Assembly (NCBI GenBank): GCA_020054235.1 | Contig: JAGVLQ010000004.1 | Location: forward strand, 60,652-124,651 | Direction of reading: 5' to 3' | Length of the DNA stretch: 64,000 nucleotides | From: Candidatus Babeliales bacterium | Lineage (GTDB): Bacteria; Babelota; Babeliae; Babelales; JACPOV01 | Shown: piece by piece, positions 54,759 to 63,695 of the stretch | Layout: each line of letters begins with the position of its first letter | How positions within the stretch are numbered: the first letter of the stretch is position 1 | Position numbers and translations under genes: made by a program | The notes under the pieces: model-generated | Database searches by the model: none | What the model saw: only the letters and a program-made list of their open reading frames with translations | Told to the model about the DNA's origin: nothing

Positions 54759-55541
54759 TTATGATTGCTCTGGTTGAATATCAAGTGCTTTAATTTGTAT
54801 CTGCTTAAAAATTTCTTGCCCGTCTTTTGATTTTTGTAAAGCATTTTTAAGTTCAACCGCTAAATCAATACTTTCTTTAGTCAAATCAGTTGTTTGAACA
54901 TCGTGAGCATGTAAAGGCAATGCAGCTAAACCGCTAATAATAAGCTCGTCACGCTTTTGACCTGACTTTGTTGCAGCTTCCTTAATTGACAACGCAGCTT
55001 TTTTATTAGCAACAGTTAAATATGCCTTTTTCAATCCTAAAAGTGCATTATAAAGATTCAATAAATTTTGATTTTGCAACAATACTGGTAATTGTGTTAA
55101 GTTTCTATGCAGAGTCTTAGCAGCAATAATCACATCCTCAGGTTTTTCATCGATTAAATTTTTAAGATTTATTGCAAGACCATTAAGAAACTGTTGAGCC
55201 TGGCCATTAGCAGCAGGTTTCAACCCAATCAATTTTGATGAAAAATCATCAACGCTCTTTTTTAATTCTTCTAAATTATTAGCTTGTTTTATTTTTTCTA
55301 TGGCATCATTACTAAGCTTTAACAACTGAGTACTTTGCGTAGCTAACGGTTTAATCGTTGAAATTTTCCAAAATGGACCCTTTACTACAGGACCATGTCC
55401 AAATCGAGGTTTTCTTTCAGGACCAACTGGTTGAATAGTAGGAATTGGTTTGAATTGGACATCATTTCCTAAATTACCATTCTGTGCTTGAGCTCCTGTT
55501 ACCACTATAAAAACTGCTACTAACATTAATCCCTTTTTCAT
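54759..55541 (-). CDS. Hypothetical secreted helical protein
   Basis: Start placed at MKKGLMLVAVFIVVTGAQA behind ggagaaaaaaa. The remainder is helical and rich in L, N and Q. No family recognised. Confidence 0.55.
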   Translation of the reverse strand: MKKGLMLVAVFIVVTGAQAQNGNLGNDVQFKPIPTIQPVGPERKPRFGHGPVVKGPFWKISTIKPLATQSTQLLKLSNDAIEKIKQANNLEELKKSVDDFSSKLIGLKPAANGQAQQFLNGLAINLKNLIDEKPEDVIIAAKTLHRNLTQLPVLLQNQNLLNLYNALLGLKKAYLTVANKKAALSIKEAATKSGQKRDELIISGLAALPLHAHDVQTTDLTKESIDLAVELKNALQKSKDGQEIFKQIQIKALDIQPEQS

Positions 55542-55909
55542 TTTTTTCTCCTTTTTTAAGGGCTTTACTATTATTTTTGAGAATAAGCATCTAATGTTCA
55601 CTATCAGAGTCTCCCCTAAGCATTGAACTTACAAATGCTCATTCTCATTTCTAAGTATAAAGAAAATTGTTTGGCAAATTCAATGATTTTTATTGATTTT
55701 TATTTTTGGAAGCTGTTTTTCAGATAAGCAAACCTGGAAAATTTAAAAAAAAACGACAGCAAAAACAAAACGAGGACAACACTCACAATCCCGAAGAGTT
55801 TTTAACCTCATTCATCGGACTACTTAGTAAGCATCATCCTCATAATTGAGTATGACAAAACAAACTCGCCAAATGCAAGATTTGCTCGTAATTTTTATAA
55901 TTTTCAGGT

Positions 55910-56827
55910 TTAATTTGTTACGTTTTTAAACCAATTGCGCGCTGACAAACCAGTTGGCGCTGGTTGTGTACCCTCGGACAATAAATTTTGTTTTTTGTCC
56001 ACACCCAGCCTGCCTGCGTATTCAATCCATTTTTGAGCAGCTGAAGGATTAGAACGATCTAGAATTTCATACTGGTTCCACCCTTCCCAGCGAGCACCTT
56101 GCGACGTGGTATCAGCTTCAAAATTAAGATAAAAATGATCTGGATAACTTGCATGGCCATATTTTGATGAATAAACAATCGGATGCGTATTTTCAAATGA
56201 AATATTTTTTGCATCGACCAAAATACCACTGCCATGATGTGAATAATAGCCACTAACAATGCGCCAATCTTCTTTTTGCACATCATAAATCAAGTTAAAA
56301 GTTGTACGTTCTAAATCAGCCTCATGGTCACCAACACTTTTTCCAAATACATCATAAACAAGCGGTTTCCAAAATTTCAAAAAAGGCGTAGCACCATTGA
56401 AAGGATAAAAATAAATAGTTTGCATGGTAGCGCTCTTTTCATCTTGGGCAACTTTAAAGTTAATATACATCGGCGCAACCACAGTGCCATTTTGTAAATC
56501 TATTCCAGCATAGGTTTTTTTATCACCATTTGGATCTAAGAAATTATTCGCTTCAGGATGATCAGCCAAATCTTGCGGTGTCACTGAGCCGGTTGCTTTT
56601 ATAGTCTGAAGTTTAGAATTTTTTAATGCAACGCGGTTTAAATACCAATCAAATGAACTTGGCTTGTAAGTTTCACCTTGCGCAAGATACACTAATGGCC
56701 CAAGTACTTGGACAACTTTATCAACATTGTAAATATCTTCGATTGCTGTTCGCTCTTTTTCTTCTAGTTCCATAGCATGCACAGAAATAAAGCCCATGAA
56801 AGCTATACTCAATGCTAATTTTTTCAT
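55910..56827 (-). CDS. Vps62/DUF946-like secreted protein
   Basis: Signal peptide, then LGPLVYLAQGETYKPSSFDWYL, IYFYPFNG and VGDHEADLERTTFNL...SGYYSHHGSG. This matches my memory of the Vps62 (PF06101) pattern. Confidence 0.5.
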   Translation of the reverse strand: MKKLALSIAFMGFISVHAMELEEKERTAIEDIYNVDKVVQVLGPLVYLAQGETYKPSSFDWYLNRVALKNSKLQTIKATGSVTPQDLADHPEANNFLDPNGDKKTYAGIDLQNGTVVAPMYINFKVAQDEKSATMQTIYFYPFNGATPFLKFWKPLVYDVFGKSVGDHEADLERTTFNLIYDVQKEDWRIVSGYYSHHGSGILVDAKNISFENTHPIVYSSKYGHASYPDHFYLNFEADTTSQGARWEGWNQYEILDRSNPSAAQKWIEYAGRLGVDKKQNLLSEGTQPAPTGLSARNWFKNVTN

Positions 56828-56913
56828 GATTGTTCCCTTCGACCTTTTTTTATGACAACTTGGGAAAAAACCTATATACTAAAGGTAAATCATACTATTT
56901 AGAAAAATTAAAA

Positions 56914-57073
56914 GGTCCGTTCGTGGTGAGGATTTTTCGAAGAAAAATGTCTCGAACCATACGAACTCAAAAAATTAGTTTAAAAATAATTTTTATTATT
57001 TATCCTTTCTAAAAGTTTTATATTAACACGGTCCGTTTGGTTCGAGACGCCTACGGCTCCTCACCACGAACGG
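56914..57073. repeat. Inverted doublet of the hairpin repeat unit, locus 2
   Basis: Forward unit ggtccgttcgtggtgaggatttttcgaagaaaaatgtctcgaaccatacgaactc, then an AT-rich 61-nt spacer, then reverse unit ggtccgtttggttcgagacgcctacggctcctcaccacgaacgg. Confidence 0.75.
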
Positions 57074-57090
57074 AAAATTTAATCACCATT

Positions 57091-58065
57091 ATGAAAACAT
57101 TGCCATCAGCGATTGCCAATTATTTGATTCGTTTTTTTTACATTCAAATGTTTATTACTCTAGCTTCATTACCCATTCTTATCAACTGGGGTTTGCCGTT
57201 TTCAGTAATGAGTCCAATTGCCAATCTTATCTTTACCCCTTTTTTGATGGCATTTTTGCTCCTTGCTTCATTGGTATTTTTTTTCGAACTGCTTTCGTTA
57301 CCAAATGACTGGTTGACCTATCTCCTTGAAAAAATAGTGTCATGCTGGTCAAGCATTTTGAGTTTTCATTCACCATGTTGGTTAGTAACCTTTACCAAGC
57401 CTTCGTTAATTTTTTTTGTTTTAATGCTTGGTGCCACATTTTTTATTCTCCATAGCAAAAAAATCAAAACAATGGTGCATGCTATTTGGTTTTTTTTCCT
57501 GTTATTTTGTGCTGTTATTGGATATCTTACCTTGCAACGACCAACACAAGCGGTTTTACGTCTACCTTGCAATCGTGGTGAAATTACCGTTTTTAAAAAA
57601 AAGAGCCAAACTATTCTTGTCGACCCAGGCTACTTTGGCCAATCCGCATCAACACCATCATGGATTGAATATACCTTAATGCCAACCTTACATCAGAAAT
57701 TGGGTTCTTCACAACTTGATCATGTTATTGCAATGCAGGCAAATATTTTTACTTTTGAAGCTCTACAAACACTCTGCAAACTTATCGAAATCAAAAATTT
57801 GTATTTAGTTTCCTGGCAAGGCACTGGTAGCAAAAAATTATATCGAGAATATAGAGAATTAAAAAAAATTATGCAGGAAAAAAATATAATCATGCACCGC
57901 ATTGGCTTTAACAAAAAAATGATGCAACTTGGTATTGATTTACTTGAAATTATTCCCTTAGAACAAAAATTACCGTATCATGAAATTACATTTCCGGCAT
58001 TACTAATACGTACTCAAGTGGACAATCAGGAAATTAATATTTATTCTGCAAAAATGAAAAAATGA
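57091..58065 (+). CDS. Truncated ComEC/Rec2-like protein (end of competence TM domain plus degenerate MBL-like domain)
   Basis: The TM region (MFITLASLPILINWGLPFSVMSPIANLIFTPFLMAF) resembles the distal competence domain. The C-terminal ILVDPGYFG...LDHVIAMQ resembles the ComEC metallo-beta-lactamase domain but lacks the His motif. The N-terminal half of a normal ComEC is absent. Start placed at 57091, just after the repeat. Confidence 0.45.
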   Translation: MKTLPSAIANYLIRFFYIQMFITLASLPILINWGLPFSVMSPIANLIFTPFLMAFLLLASLVFFFELLSLPNDWLTYLLEKIVSCWSSILSFHSPCWLVTFTKPSLIFFVLMLGATFFILHSKKIKTMVHAIWFFFLLFCAVIGYLTLQRPTQAVLRLPCNRGEITVFKKKSQTILVDPGYFGQSASTPSWIEYTLMPTLHQKLGSSQLDHVIAMQANIFTFEALQTLCKLIEIKNLYLVSWQGTGSKKLYREYRELKKIMQEKNIIMHRIGFNKKMMQLGIDLLEIIPLEQKLPYHEITFPALLIRTQVDNQEINIYSAKMKK

Positions 58066-58070
58066 AAAGT

Positions 58071-58178
58071 AGTTCGCACCCTTCGTTACACTGCCTAACC
58101 GCAGCACTCAGGGCGAACGGTTTAAATCCCGTTCATGGTGAGTGATTTTGAAAAAATCGTCTCGCACCATAGGAACTC
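58071..58178. repeat. Inverted doublet of the hairpin repeat unit, locus 3 (head-to-head)
   Basis: Reverse unit agttcgcacccttcgttacactgcctaaccgcagcactcagggcgaacgg, an 8-nt spacer, then forward unit ccgttcatggtgagtgattttgaaaaaatcgtctcgcaccataggaactc. Confidence 0.7.
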
Positions 58179-58201
58179 AAAAACCAAAGAAGGAGTTTAT
58201 A

Positions 58202-58765
58202 ATGGAACATAAAAAATATCTTAAAGGCAAAAAAGTTGTTTTTGTTATCGCTTCAAACGGCTACCAACCAATTGAATACAGCACACCAAAAGCAATTTTG
58301 CAAGAATATGGCATTAAGGTAATTACGGCTAGCGACAAACCGGGTGGCGCAGTTGCCTCAGATGGTTCAACAACAGCTGTTGATATTACTATCGATCAAC
58401 TTAATCCAACCAACTACGATGGCATCTTTTTTATCGGCGGTCCCGGTGCTATGGAGTGTCTTGATAATTCAATAAGCTATCGCATTGCATCTGAAGCAAA
58501 AAAACACGCTATTCCTTACGGTGCTATTTGTATTGCACCACGCATTCTTGCAAAAGCAAATGCACTTGCAGGCAAAAAAGCAACCGGCTGGAATGATGAT
58601 ATGGCACTAGAGACAATTTTGCGGGGCAATGGTGCTGAATATGCCAAGGGGCATGATATTGTCACTGATGGTTTAGTTGTTACTGCAGTAGGACCAAAAG
58701 CGGCTGAACAGTTTGCTGACGGCATTATGCGTGTTCTCACTAAAAAGGCGTTAAAGGAAGAATAA
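58202..58765 (+). CDS. DJ-1/PfpI-family protein
   Basis: Start placed at the ATG behind aaggag (MEHKKYLKGKKVVFVIASNGYQPIEY). Nucleophile elbow YGAICIAPRILA. About 187 aa. Confidence 0.8.
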   Translation: MEHKKYLKGKKVVFVIASNGYQPIEYSTPKAILQEYGIKVITASDKPGGAVASDGSTTAVDITIDQLNPTNYDGIFFIGGPGAMECLDNSISYRIASEAKKHAIPYGAICIAPRILAKANALAGKKATGWNDDMALETILRGNGAEYAKGHDIVTDGLVVTAVGPKAAEQFADGIMRVLTKKALKEE

Positions 58766-58814
58766 TTTAAACACCTTTATAAAAACTGATTGCCATATGG
58801 GAAAAACAATTTTT

Positions 58815-59450
58815 TCATTTGATCTCCAATCCTTCAATTAATACTGCTCGTGCCGGTGCTGAATCAAGGCCAACGGTATACAAGGGTAAACAAACAAAAA
58901 AATAACTGCCCGCAGGCACAGTGCCAAGTCGTAATCCTTCGATAATGGGAATATTGAATTGCATGAATGCTTTATGTGTTTCATGATCTGGCTGATTACG
59001 CTCAATGCCAAGATAATCAAAACCAATCGCTTTAATGTTTTGTGTTGCTAAATATTGAGCCGCCTGTTCATCAATGTAGACAAAGCTGTAGGTAAATTTA
59101 TCAGTTGGTTCACGAAAGCTATTGGTTGTTTTTAATAAAATTATTTCATCTTTTATAATACCAAGTGGCACAAGATCATCTGCAGTAATTTTTTCCGTAA
59201 CTGCAGTTAAATCAAGTACGCGACATGGACCAATAACTTGATTTAATGCCAATTTATCGATCGTTTTGCCGGTAGCCAAAAAATGTGCGGGATTGTCAAT
59301 ATGCGTGCCAGTATGATTACCAAGCGTAATCTGCCACTCACGCGCACCATTGTTTTCCATACTTTTGCTTGGATTAAATTTAACCGATTTACCATCCTTG
59401 TATTCAGTCATTGATTCAGAAATGGGCCAGCTAATATCAAAAATTTTCAT
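58815..59450 (-). CDS. Cyclase-family protein (kynurenine formamidase-like)
   Basis: Start placed at MKIFDISWPI. Carries the HxGTHxDxPxH motif GNHTGTHIDNPAHF. About 211 aa. Confidence 0.75.
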   Translation of the reverse strand: MKIFDISWPISESMTEYKDGKSVKFNPSKSMENNGAREWQITLGNHTGTHIDNPAHFLATGKTIDKLALNQVIGPCRVLDLTAVTEKITADDLVPLGIIKDEIILLKTTNSFREPTDKFTYSFVYIDEQAAQYLATQNIKAIGFDYLGIERNQPDHETHKAFMQFNIPIIEGLRLGTVPAGSYFFVCLPLYTVGLDSAPARAVLIEGLEIK

Positions 59451-59509
59451 CCTAATTCTCCTTGAAAAAACCAAAATTTTACGAAAAATTACAAAAAAAT
59501 GTTATTTAA

Positions 59510-59737
59510 TTAAAAAAAGACCAACATTTTTAAAATATCGATTAATCCAAACAATACAGGATAAAGAGACTTGCCCATTTCAGTATAATCATCTTCTTCT
59601 TCATTATTGGATCCTTCAGCCTGCTCCAAAAGATTTCTCTGAATTTCTTGATTGCAAAATAAATCCTTTGTCTCTCTATCATAAGAACATAAAGAAAAAC
59701 TAATAATAAAAAAAAAGAAAAAATACAGAAGCTTCAT
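59510..59737 (-). CDS. Hypothetical small acidic secreted protein
   Basis: 75 aa with signal peptide MKLLYFFFFFIISFSLCS and an acidic middle (NNEEEDDY). Confidence 0.4.
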   Translation of the reverse strand: MKLLYFFFFFIISFSLCSYDRETKDLFCNQEIQRNLLEQAEGSNNEEEDDYTEMGKSLYPVLFGLIDILKMLVFF

Positions 59738-59808
59738 AAAATCCTTTAGATAAATTTAAAACATAGATTATTATATTTAAAAATTAATACTAAAAATCAA
59801 TAATTAGT

Positions 59809-60396
59809 TCAATGTACTGGATAACAGATAACTATAGGAATGCTAAGGCTCAAGGCAAAATAAAACACCCCGCAAATGATCGTTACAGCCTCCTGAAATG
59901 CTATCTGCCCACTTCTTTCGCGCGCATCATTGACAATTGGTTTAATTACATCTTCATGAACGATCTTTTTAAATTGTGGATTACAATCTTTTAGTTGTTC
60001 AATAAGAAAAGAAAGATCAAGATCATACATCCCTTTTAACCCAAATTCAGATTCATCATCTTCAGAAATTTTAGGCTTCCCACTTAGGTGTGAAAACGGC
60101 TTTGCTTTAAAATTTTTAAAAATAAAATTTATACAGTCTTTTTCTCTTTTTTTATCTTTTTTAACAATAGCTTCTTGCCAAACAGATATAACATTTGATT
60201 GAGTAATTGGTTTGGAATATTTCAATAATTCTTTACAACTTTCAGGAATAGGCAACGTATCTATTTTTTCCAAACTAAAACCTTTACCGTTCCATGCTGC
60301 TTTTGCGACCAAAAGGTCTAATCGAGAAACCCCTTGCTCCATAGAAAAACAAAAAAATGATACAAAATTTAGCAAAAAAATATACTTGTAATTCAT
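59809..60396 (-). CDS. Hypothetical protein with signal peptide and C-terminal TM anchor
   Basis: 195 aa. N-terminal hydrophobic segment and C-terminal VTIICGVFYFALSLSIPIVICY. No family recognised. Confidence 0.5.
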   Translation of the reverse strand: MNYKYIFLLNFVSFFCFSMEQGVSRLDLLVAKAAWNGKGFSLEKIDTLPIPESCKELLKYSKPITQSNVISVWQEAIVKKDKKREKDCINFIFKNFKAKPFSHLSGKPKISEDDESEFGLKGMYDLDLSFLIEQLKDCNPQFKKIVHEDVIKPIVNDARERSGQIAFQEAVTIICGVFYFALSLSIPIVICYPVH

Positions 60397-60404
60397 AGTA
60401 ATAT

Positions 60405-61034
60405 CTATCCGACAAAACCGCTTCCTCTGCTGTACTTTGGGCTATCGCTAGAGCAATTCTTTAAACAAAGGCACATATAAAAAGCAAGAGCAAACCATGG
60501 TACGTACAGCGAAGTGCATTGTCTTTCTGATTCATAAGCTTCAAAATCCGTATTTAAATATTTATGAGTTTTAAGTAACTCATGATTAACGTTGAGGCCA
60601 TATTTCTTTTTTACGTGAGCGCAATAGTCATTTTTAATTTTTTCGTGGCAACAAAACCCTGGTGAACAAAAAAATACTGAAGAAAAAAAATCAACCATGG
60701 TATCGTTGCAAGAAGGACGAATATGCACATTTTGCAAAAAATAATCTTCAACCTTTTTACGTGCTTCTTTGTTAGGCAGCTCTTTTATTAACTTTTTTCT
60801 TGTTTCCTGGAACTGACCTTCTCCACATACTGCATGCCATTCTTTGTTTACCATACTCAAGTTCGTTATAGCATGCAAAGCCTTTTCTTGACTATCATCA
60901 GTCAGTATACAATTTACAATTATTCGTTTAACATCTAATGGCAATTCCGACAAATAGTCTTGTCCCTCAATACGCACAACATTGAGAAAAATAATTAAAA
61001 AAAATAGGACTTTATCAGACTCATCATTGAACAT
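60405..61034 (-). CDS. F-box-like motif protein
   Basis: LSELPLDVKRIIVNCILTDDSQEKALHAITNLSMVNKEWHAVC fits the F-box pattern LPxEhxxxIhxxL...L..VxKxW. Cys-rich C-terminal half with a hydrophobic tail. Confidence 0.4.
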   Translation of the reverse strand: MFNDESDKVLFFLIIFLNVVRIEGQDYLSELPLDVKRIIVNCILTDDSQEKALHAITNLSMVNKEWHAVCGEGQFQETRKKLIKELPNKEARKKVEDYFLQNVHIRPSCNDTMVDFFSSVFFCSPGFCCHEKIKNDYCAHVKKKYGLNVNHELLKTHKYLNTDFEAYESERQCTSLYVPWFALAFYMCLCLKNCSSDSPKYSRGSGFVG

Positions 61035-61073
61035 TTTTTGTTACACTATAATTTTTTAAATCATGTTAAATAA

Positions 61074-61101
61074 TTGAGCTGATCTCGAAAGATCAGCTCA
61101 A
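61074..61101 (-). terminator. Hairpin terminator candidate after the 61126 gene
   Basis: Perfect 11-bp stem ttgagctgatc / gatcagctcaa with loop tcgaaa. On the minus strand a weakly U-rich uuauuuaac follows. Confidence 0.45.
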
Positions 61102-61125
61102 CAAAACGAACTAAAAACTACTTAT

Positions 61126-61419
61126 TTAATCATACTTAGTAGCGGGATTGCCCATCCATGGGGAGCTAAAAAGATTGGATAATAGATCCACTGCCAATAA
61201 ACCAGCACCACAACAAACTAGTCCACCGACTAAAGTTTCACAACACTTATTACAATTTGCGTCTAAATCTTTCTCTACGCCTTCCTTAATTTCATCATAA
61301 GATTTCTCGGGTCTCATTTCCTGTTTTTCTGGCAATCGCCCGCGAAGATCCATAGCCATAATAAAATCACTCTTGCATACAAGAAGCAAGATTAACAATC
61401 CGCTACTCTTTTTCAACAT
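61126..61419 (-). CDS. Hypothetical small Cys-rich membrane-anchored protein
   Basis: Start placed at MLKKSSGLLILLLVCKS (signal-like). C-terminal CNKCCETLVGGLVCCGAGLLAVDLL. It overlaps the gnd stop by 17 nt. Confidence 0.4.
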   Translation of the reverse strand: MLKKSSGLLILLLVCKSDFIMAMDLRGRLPEKQEMRPEKSYDEIKEGVEKDLDANCNKCCETLVGGLVCCGAGLLAVDLLSNLFSSPWMGNPATKYD

Positions 61420-62296
61420 AATGCCCTCCAAATTTATTTCGCAATAACGCAACAATTTTTGTAGCATAATTTCCTCCTGTCTGTTGTGACCAAAAACGAA
61501 TTTCTAATGCATCTTCAATTAATTGTACCGGAATATCATGTTTCTGAGCATCTTCTATGGTCCATTGTGCCATACCACTTTCAGACACCCTACCAGAAAT
61601 ATGTTCTAATCTTTGATCTTCCGTAAAAATTTCATGGCACAATTGCAATAACCATGAACGAATTACAGCACCATGAGACCAAACCGAAGAAATTTTTGCT
61701 AAATTTAAATCTTTAAAATGACCGTTTTTTAACAAGTGAAATCCTTCAGCATAACTTTGCATAAGTGCATATTCAATGCCATTATGAACCATTTTCACAT
61801 AATGTCCAGTACCTGATGGACCCATATAAGCAAAGCCATTTGGTGCTGCAATCGCTTGCAATAAAGGCTGAATCGTTTGAAAAGCTTCAAAACTTCCTCC
61901 CACCATTAATGAAAAACCAATATCTTCACCACGCAAACCACCCGAAGTACCACAATCCAAAAAATTGACACCACTTTTAAGAAAATTTTCAGATCTTCTG
62001 ATTGAATCAGTAAATTTACTGTTGCCCCCATCAACAATAATATCCCGGCCAATGAGATAAGGTCGGAGCTCCTCCAAAACTTTATCAACTATCTCACCAG
62101 CCGGGACCATGAGCCAAAAAATACGCACTTGCTCAGCAAGATTTTTTATATCTTTTGCTTTTTTTACACCAATGTTATGAGCTTTATCAAGAATTTTAGA
62201 ATTAACATCAAAACCGATAACTTCATGCCGCGCATTAAGCAAGCGCTGCGCAATTGCTTTGCCCATTTTCCCTAAACCAATAATCCCAACTTTCAT
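61403..62296 (-). CDS. gnd: Short-form decarboxylating 6-phosphogluconate dehydrogenase (YqeC/GndA-like)
   Basis: Rossmann motif MKVGIIGLGKMGKAIAQRL, then GTSGG, HYVKMVHNGIEYALMQSYAEG and WSHGAVIRSWLL. 297 aa. Confidence 0.75.
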   Translation of the reverse strand: MKVGIIGLGKMGKAIAQRLLNARHEVIGFDVNSKILDKAHNIGVKKAKDIKNLAEQVRIFWLMVPAGEIVDKVLEELRPYLIGRDIIVDGGNSKFTDSIRRSENFLKSGVNFLDCGTSGGLRGEDIGFSLMVGGSFEAFQTIQPLLQAIAAPNGFAYMGPSGTGHYVKMVHNGIEYALMQSYAEGFHLLKNGHFKDLNLAKISSVWSHGAVIRSWLLQLCHEIFTEDQRLEHISGRVSESGMAQWTIEDAQKHDIPVQLIEDALEIRFWSQQTGGNYATKIVALLRNKFGGHYVEKE

Positions 62297-62336
62297 ATAA
62301 TTACCATTTCTTAAGTTTTGTATAAATATTTCCTGC

Positions 62337-63695
62337 TTACTTAGGACCCGAGGAACCTTGCTTGTAATGATACAAAGGCAGATTCATTTTTTCTATCTGC
62401 TCAATAATTACCCAGGAATATTCTATTTCATCAAAACGCACAGAAACTGCTTGTTCACCATTGATAACTTGTTCTAGCAAAACTTCATATGCCTCTGGCG
62501 TATTGGTACCAAAAACATAATTATGACTAAAAAATAAATTAACCGGAGTAACTTCATAAAGTGCACCTGGTTTTTTTGTATTCAATTGCAACGAAAAACT
62601 TGCCTCAGGTGCAATTTGAATGGTCAAAACATTTGAACTGTAAATACAACGATCCCGCAACTTACAAGCAACTTCTTTAAACGTTATGTGTATAGAGGTA
62701 TCTTTTTTTTCTAATGCTTTTCCTGTTTTAATGTAAAAAGGTACGCCTTTCCAACGCGGTGTTTCAACATTAAATATCAATTGTGCAAAAGTTGGTGTAA
62801 TTGAATCTTTTGGCATATCTTTTTCACTCGTATAACCTTCGTACTGCCCTAATACTCCTTGTATACACCTAACTTTTTTTAAAAGTGCAGCTTTTTGATT
62901 GCGAATATATTTTTCTATCAGCTCTTCAGGTAACTCCATAGCAATAAGAGCTAAAAGCTGCAAAATATGATTTTGTACCATGTCTTTCAGCACACCATAA
63001 TGATCATAATAACGACCACGAGATTCAATGCCTAACGTTTCGCTTAATTCTATTTCAATTTTTTGAATATACGTACTGTTCCATAACGGTTCAAAAATCA
63101 TATTGGTAAAACGCACTAATAAAATGCTACCAACAAGTTCTTTGGTTAAATAATGATCAATACGATAAATCTGTTTTTCATTAAAATATTTAGTAATGCA
63201 GGCATTTATTTCTTGTGCGCTTTTTAAACTAACGCCAAATGGTTTTTCATAGACAATCCGGTGCCAAACATCATTGACAAACCCATGATCATCAGATTTT
63301 TTTACAAGACCGCACGTACCAAGTTTTCGCGTTATTTCACAAAAAAATACCGAAGGTACCGCTAAATAAACCAAACGATTACTTGGGCGTTTAGATTCTT
63401 TTTCTAGCGATTCAACAAAGTGCGTCAATTTATTAAATCCAGTTGCATCATGAAAATCAAGCTGATGATAATAGGTTACCTGTTTTAATTGTTGCCATAT
63501 TTCTTCATCAATTAATGGAATAAAAGAACGACCTCGCTCTAAAAATTCATCTGCTGTTACCTGCTCCAGGGCCGCTCCAACAACTAAAAATTTATCAATT
63601 TTTTTATCTTTAATGAGATGGTATAACGCGGGAATAAGTTTTCGTTTGGCCAAATCACCCGTTGCACCAAGAATAATAAAGGTACAATCGTTCAT
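62337..63695 (-). CDS. zwf: Glucose-6-phosphate 1-dehydrogenase
   Basis: Carries FIILGATGDLAKRKLIPALY, YRIDHYLTKE and QNHILQLLALIAME. 452 aa. Confidence 0.9.
   Translation of the reverse strand: MNDCTFIILGATGDLAKRKLIPALYHLIKDKKIDKFLVVGAALEQVTADEFLERGRSFIPLIDEEIWQQLKQVTYYHQLDFHDATGFNKLTHFVESLEKESKRPSNRLVYLAVPSVFFCEITRKLGTCGLVKKSDDHGFVNDVWHRIVYEKPFGVSLKSAQEINACITKYFNEKQIYRIDHYLTKELVGSILLVRFTNMIFEPLWNSTYIQKIEIELSETLGIESRGRYYDHYGVLKDMVQNHILQLLALIAMELPEELIEKYIRNQKAALLKKVRCIQGVLGQYEGYTSEKDMPKDSITPTFAQLIFNVETPRWKGVPFYIKTGKALEKKDTSIHITFKEVACKLRDRCIYSSNVLTIQIAPEASFSLQLNTKKPGALYEVTPVNLFFSHNYVFGTNTPEAYEVLLEQVINGEQAVSVRFDEIEYSWVIIEQIEKMNLPLYHYKQGSSGPK

Noticed and set aside
55860-55909. Possible terminator downstream of the Vps62-like gene (caaat-gcaag-atttg followed by a T-rich run on the minus strand).
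   Set aside because: Only about 5 bp of AT-rich stem, which is not convincing.
56830-57012. ORF 56830-57012 and the N-terminal extensions of ORFs 57037 and 58142 (peptides such as RRKMSRTIRTQK and KKSSRTIGTQK).
   Set aside because: These peptides are translations of the hairpin repeat units. Their similarity reflects the DNA repeat, not a protein family. The real starts are placed after the repeats at 57091 and 58202.
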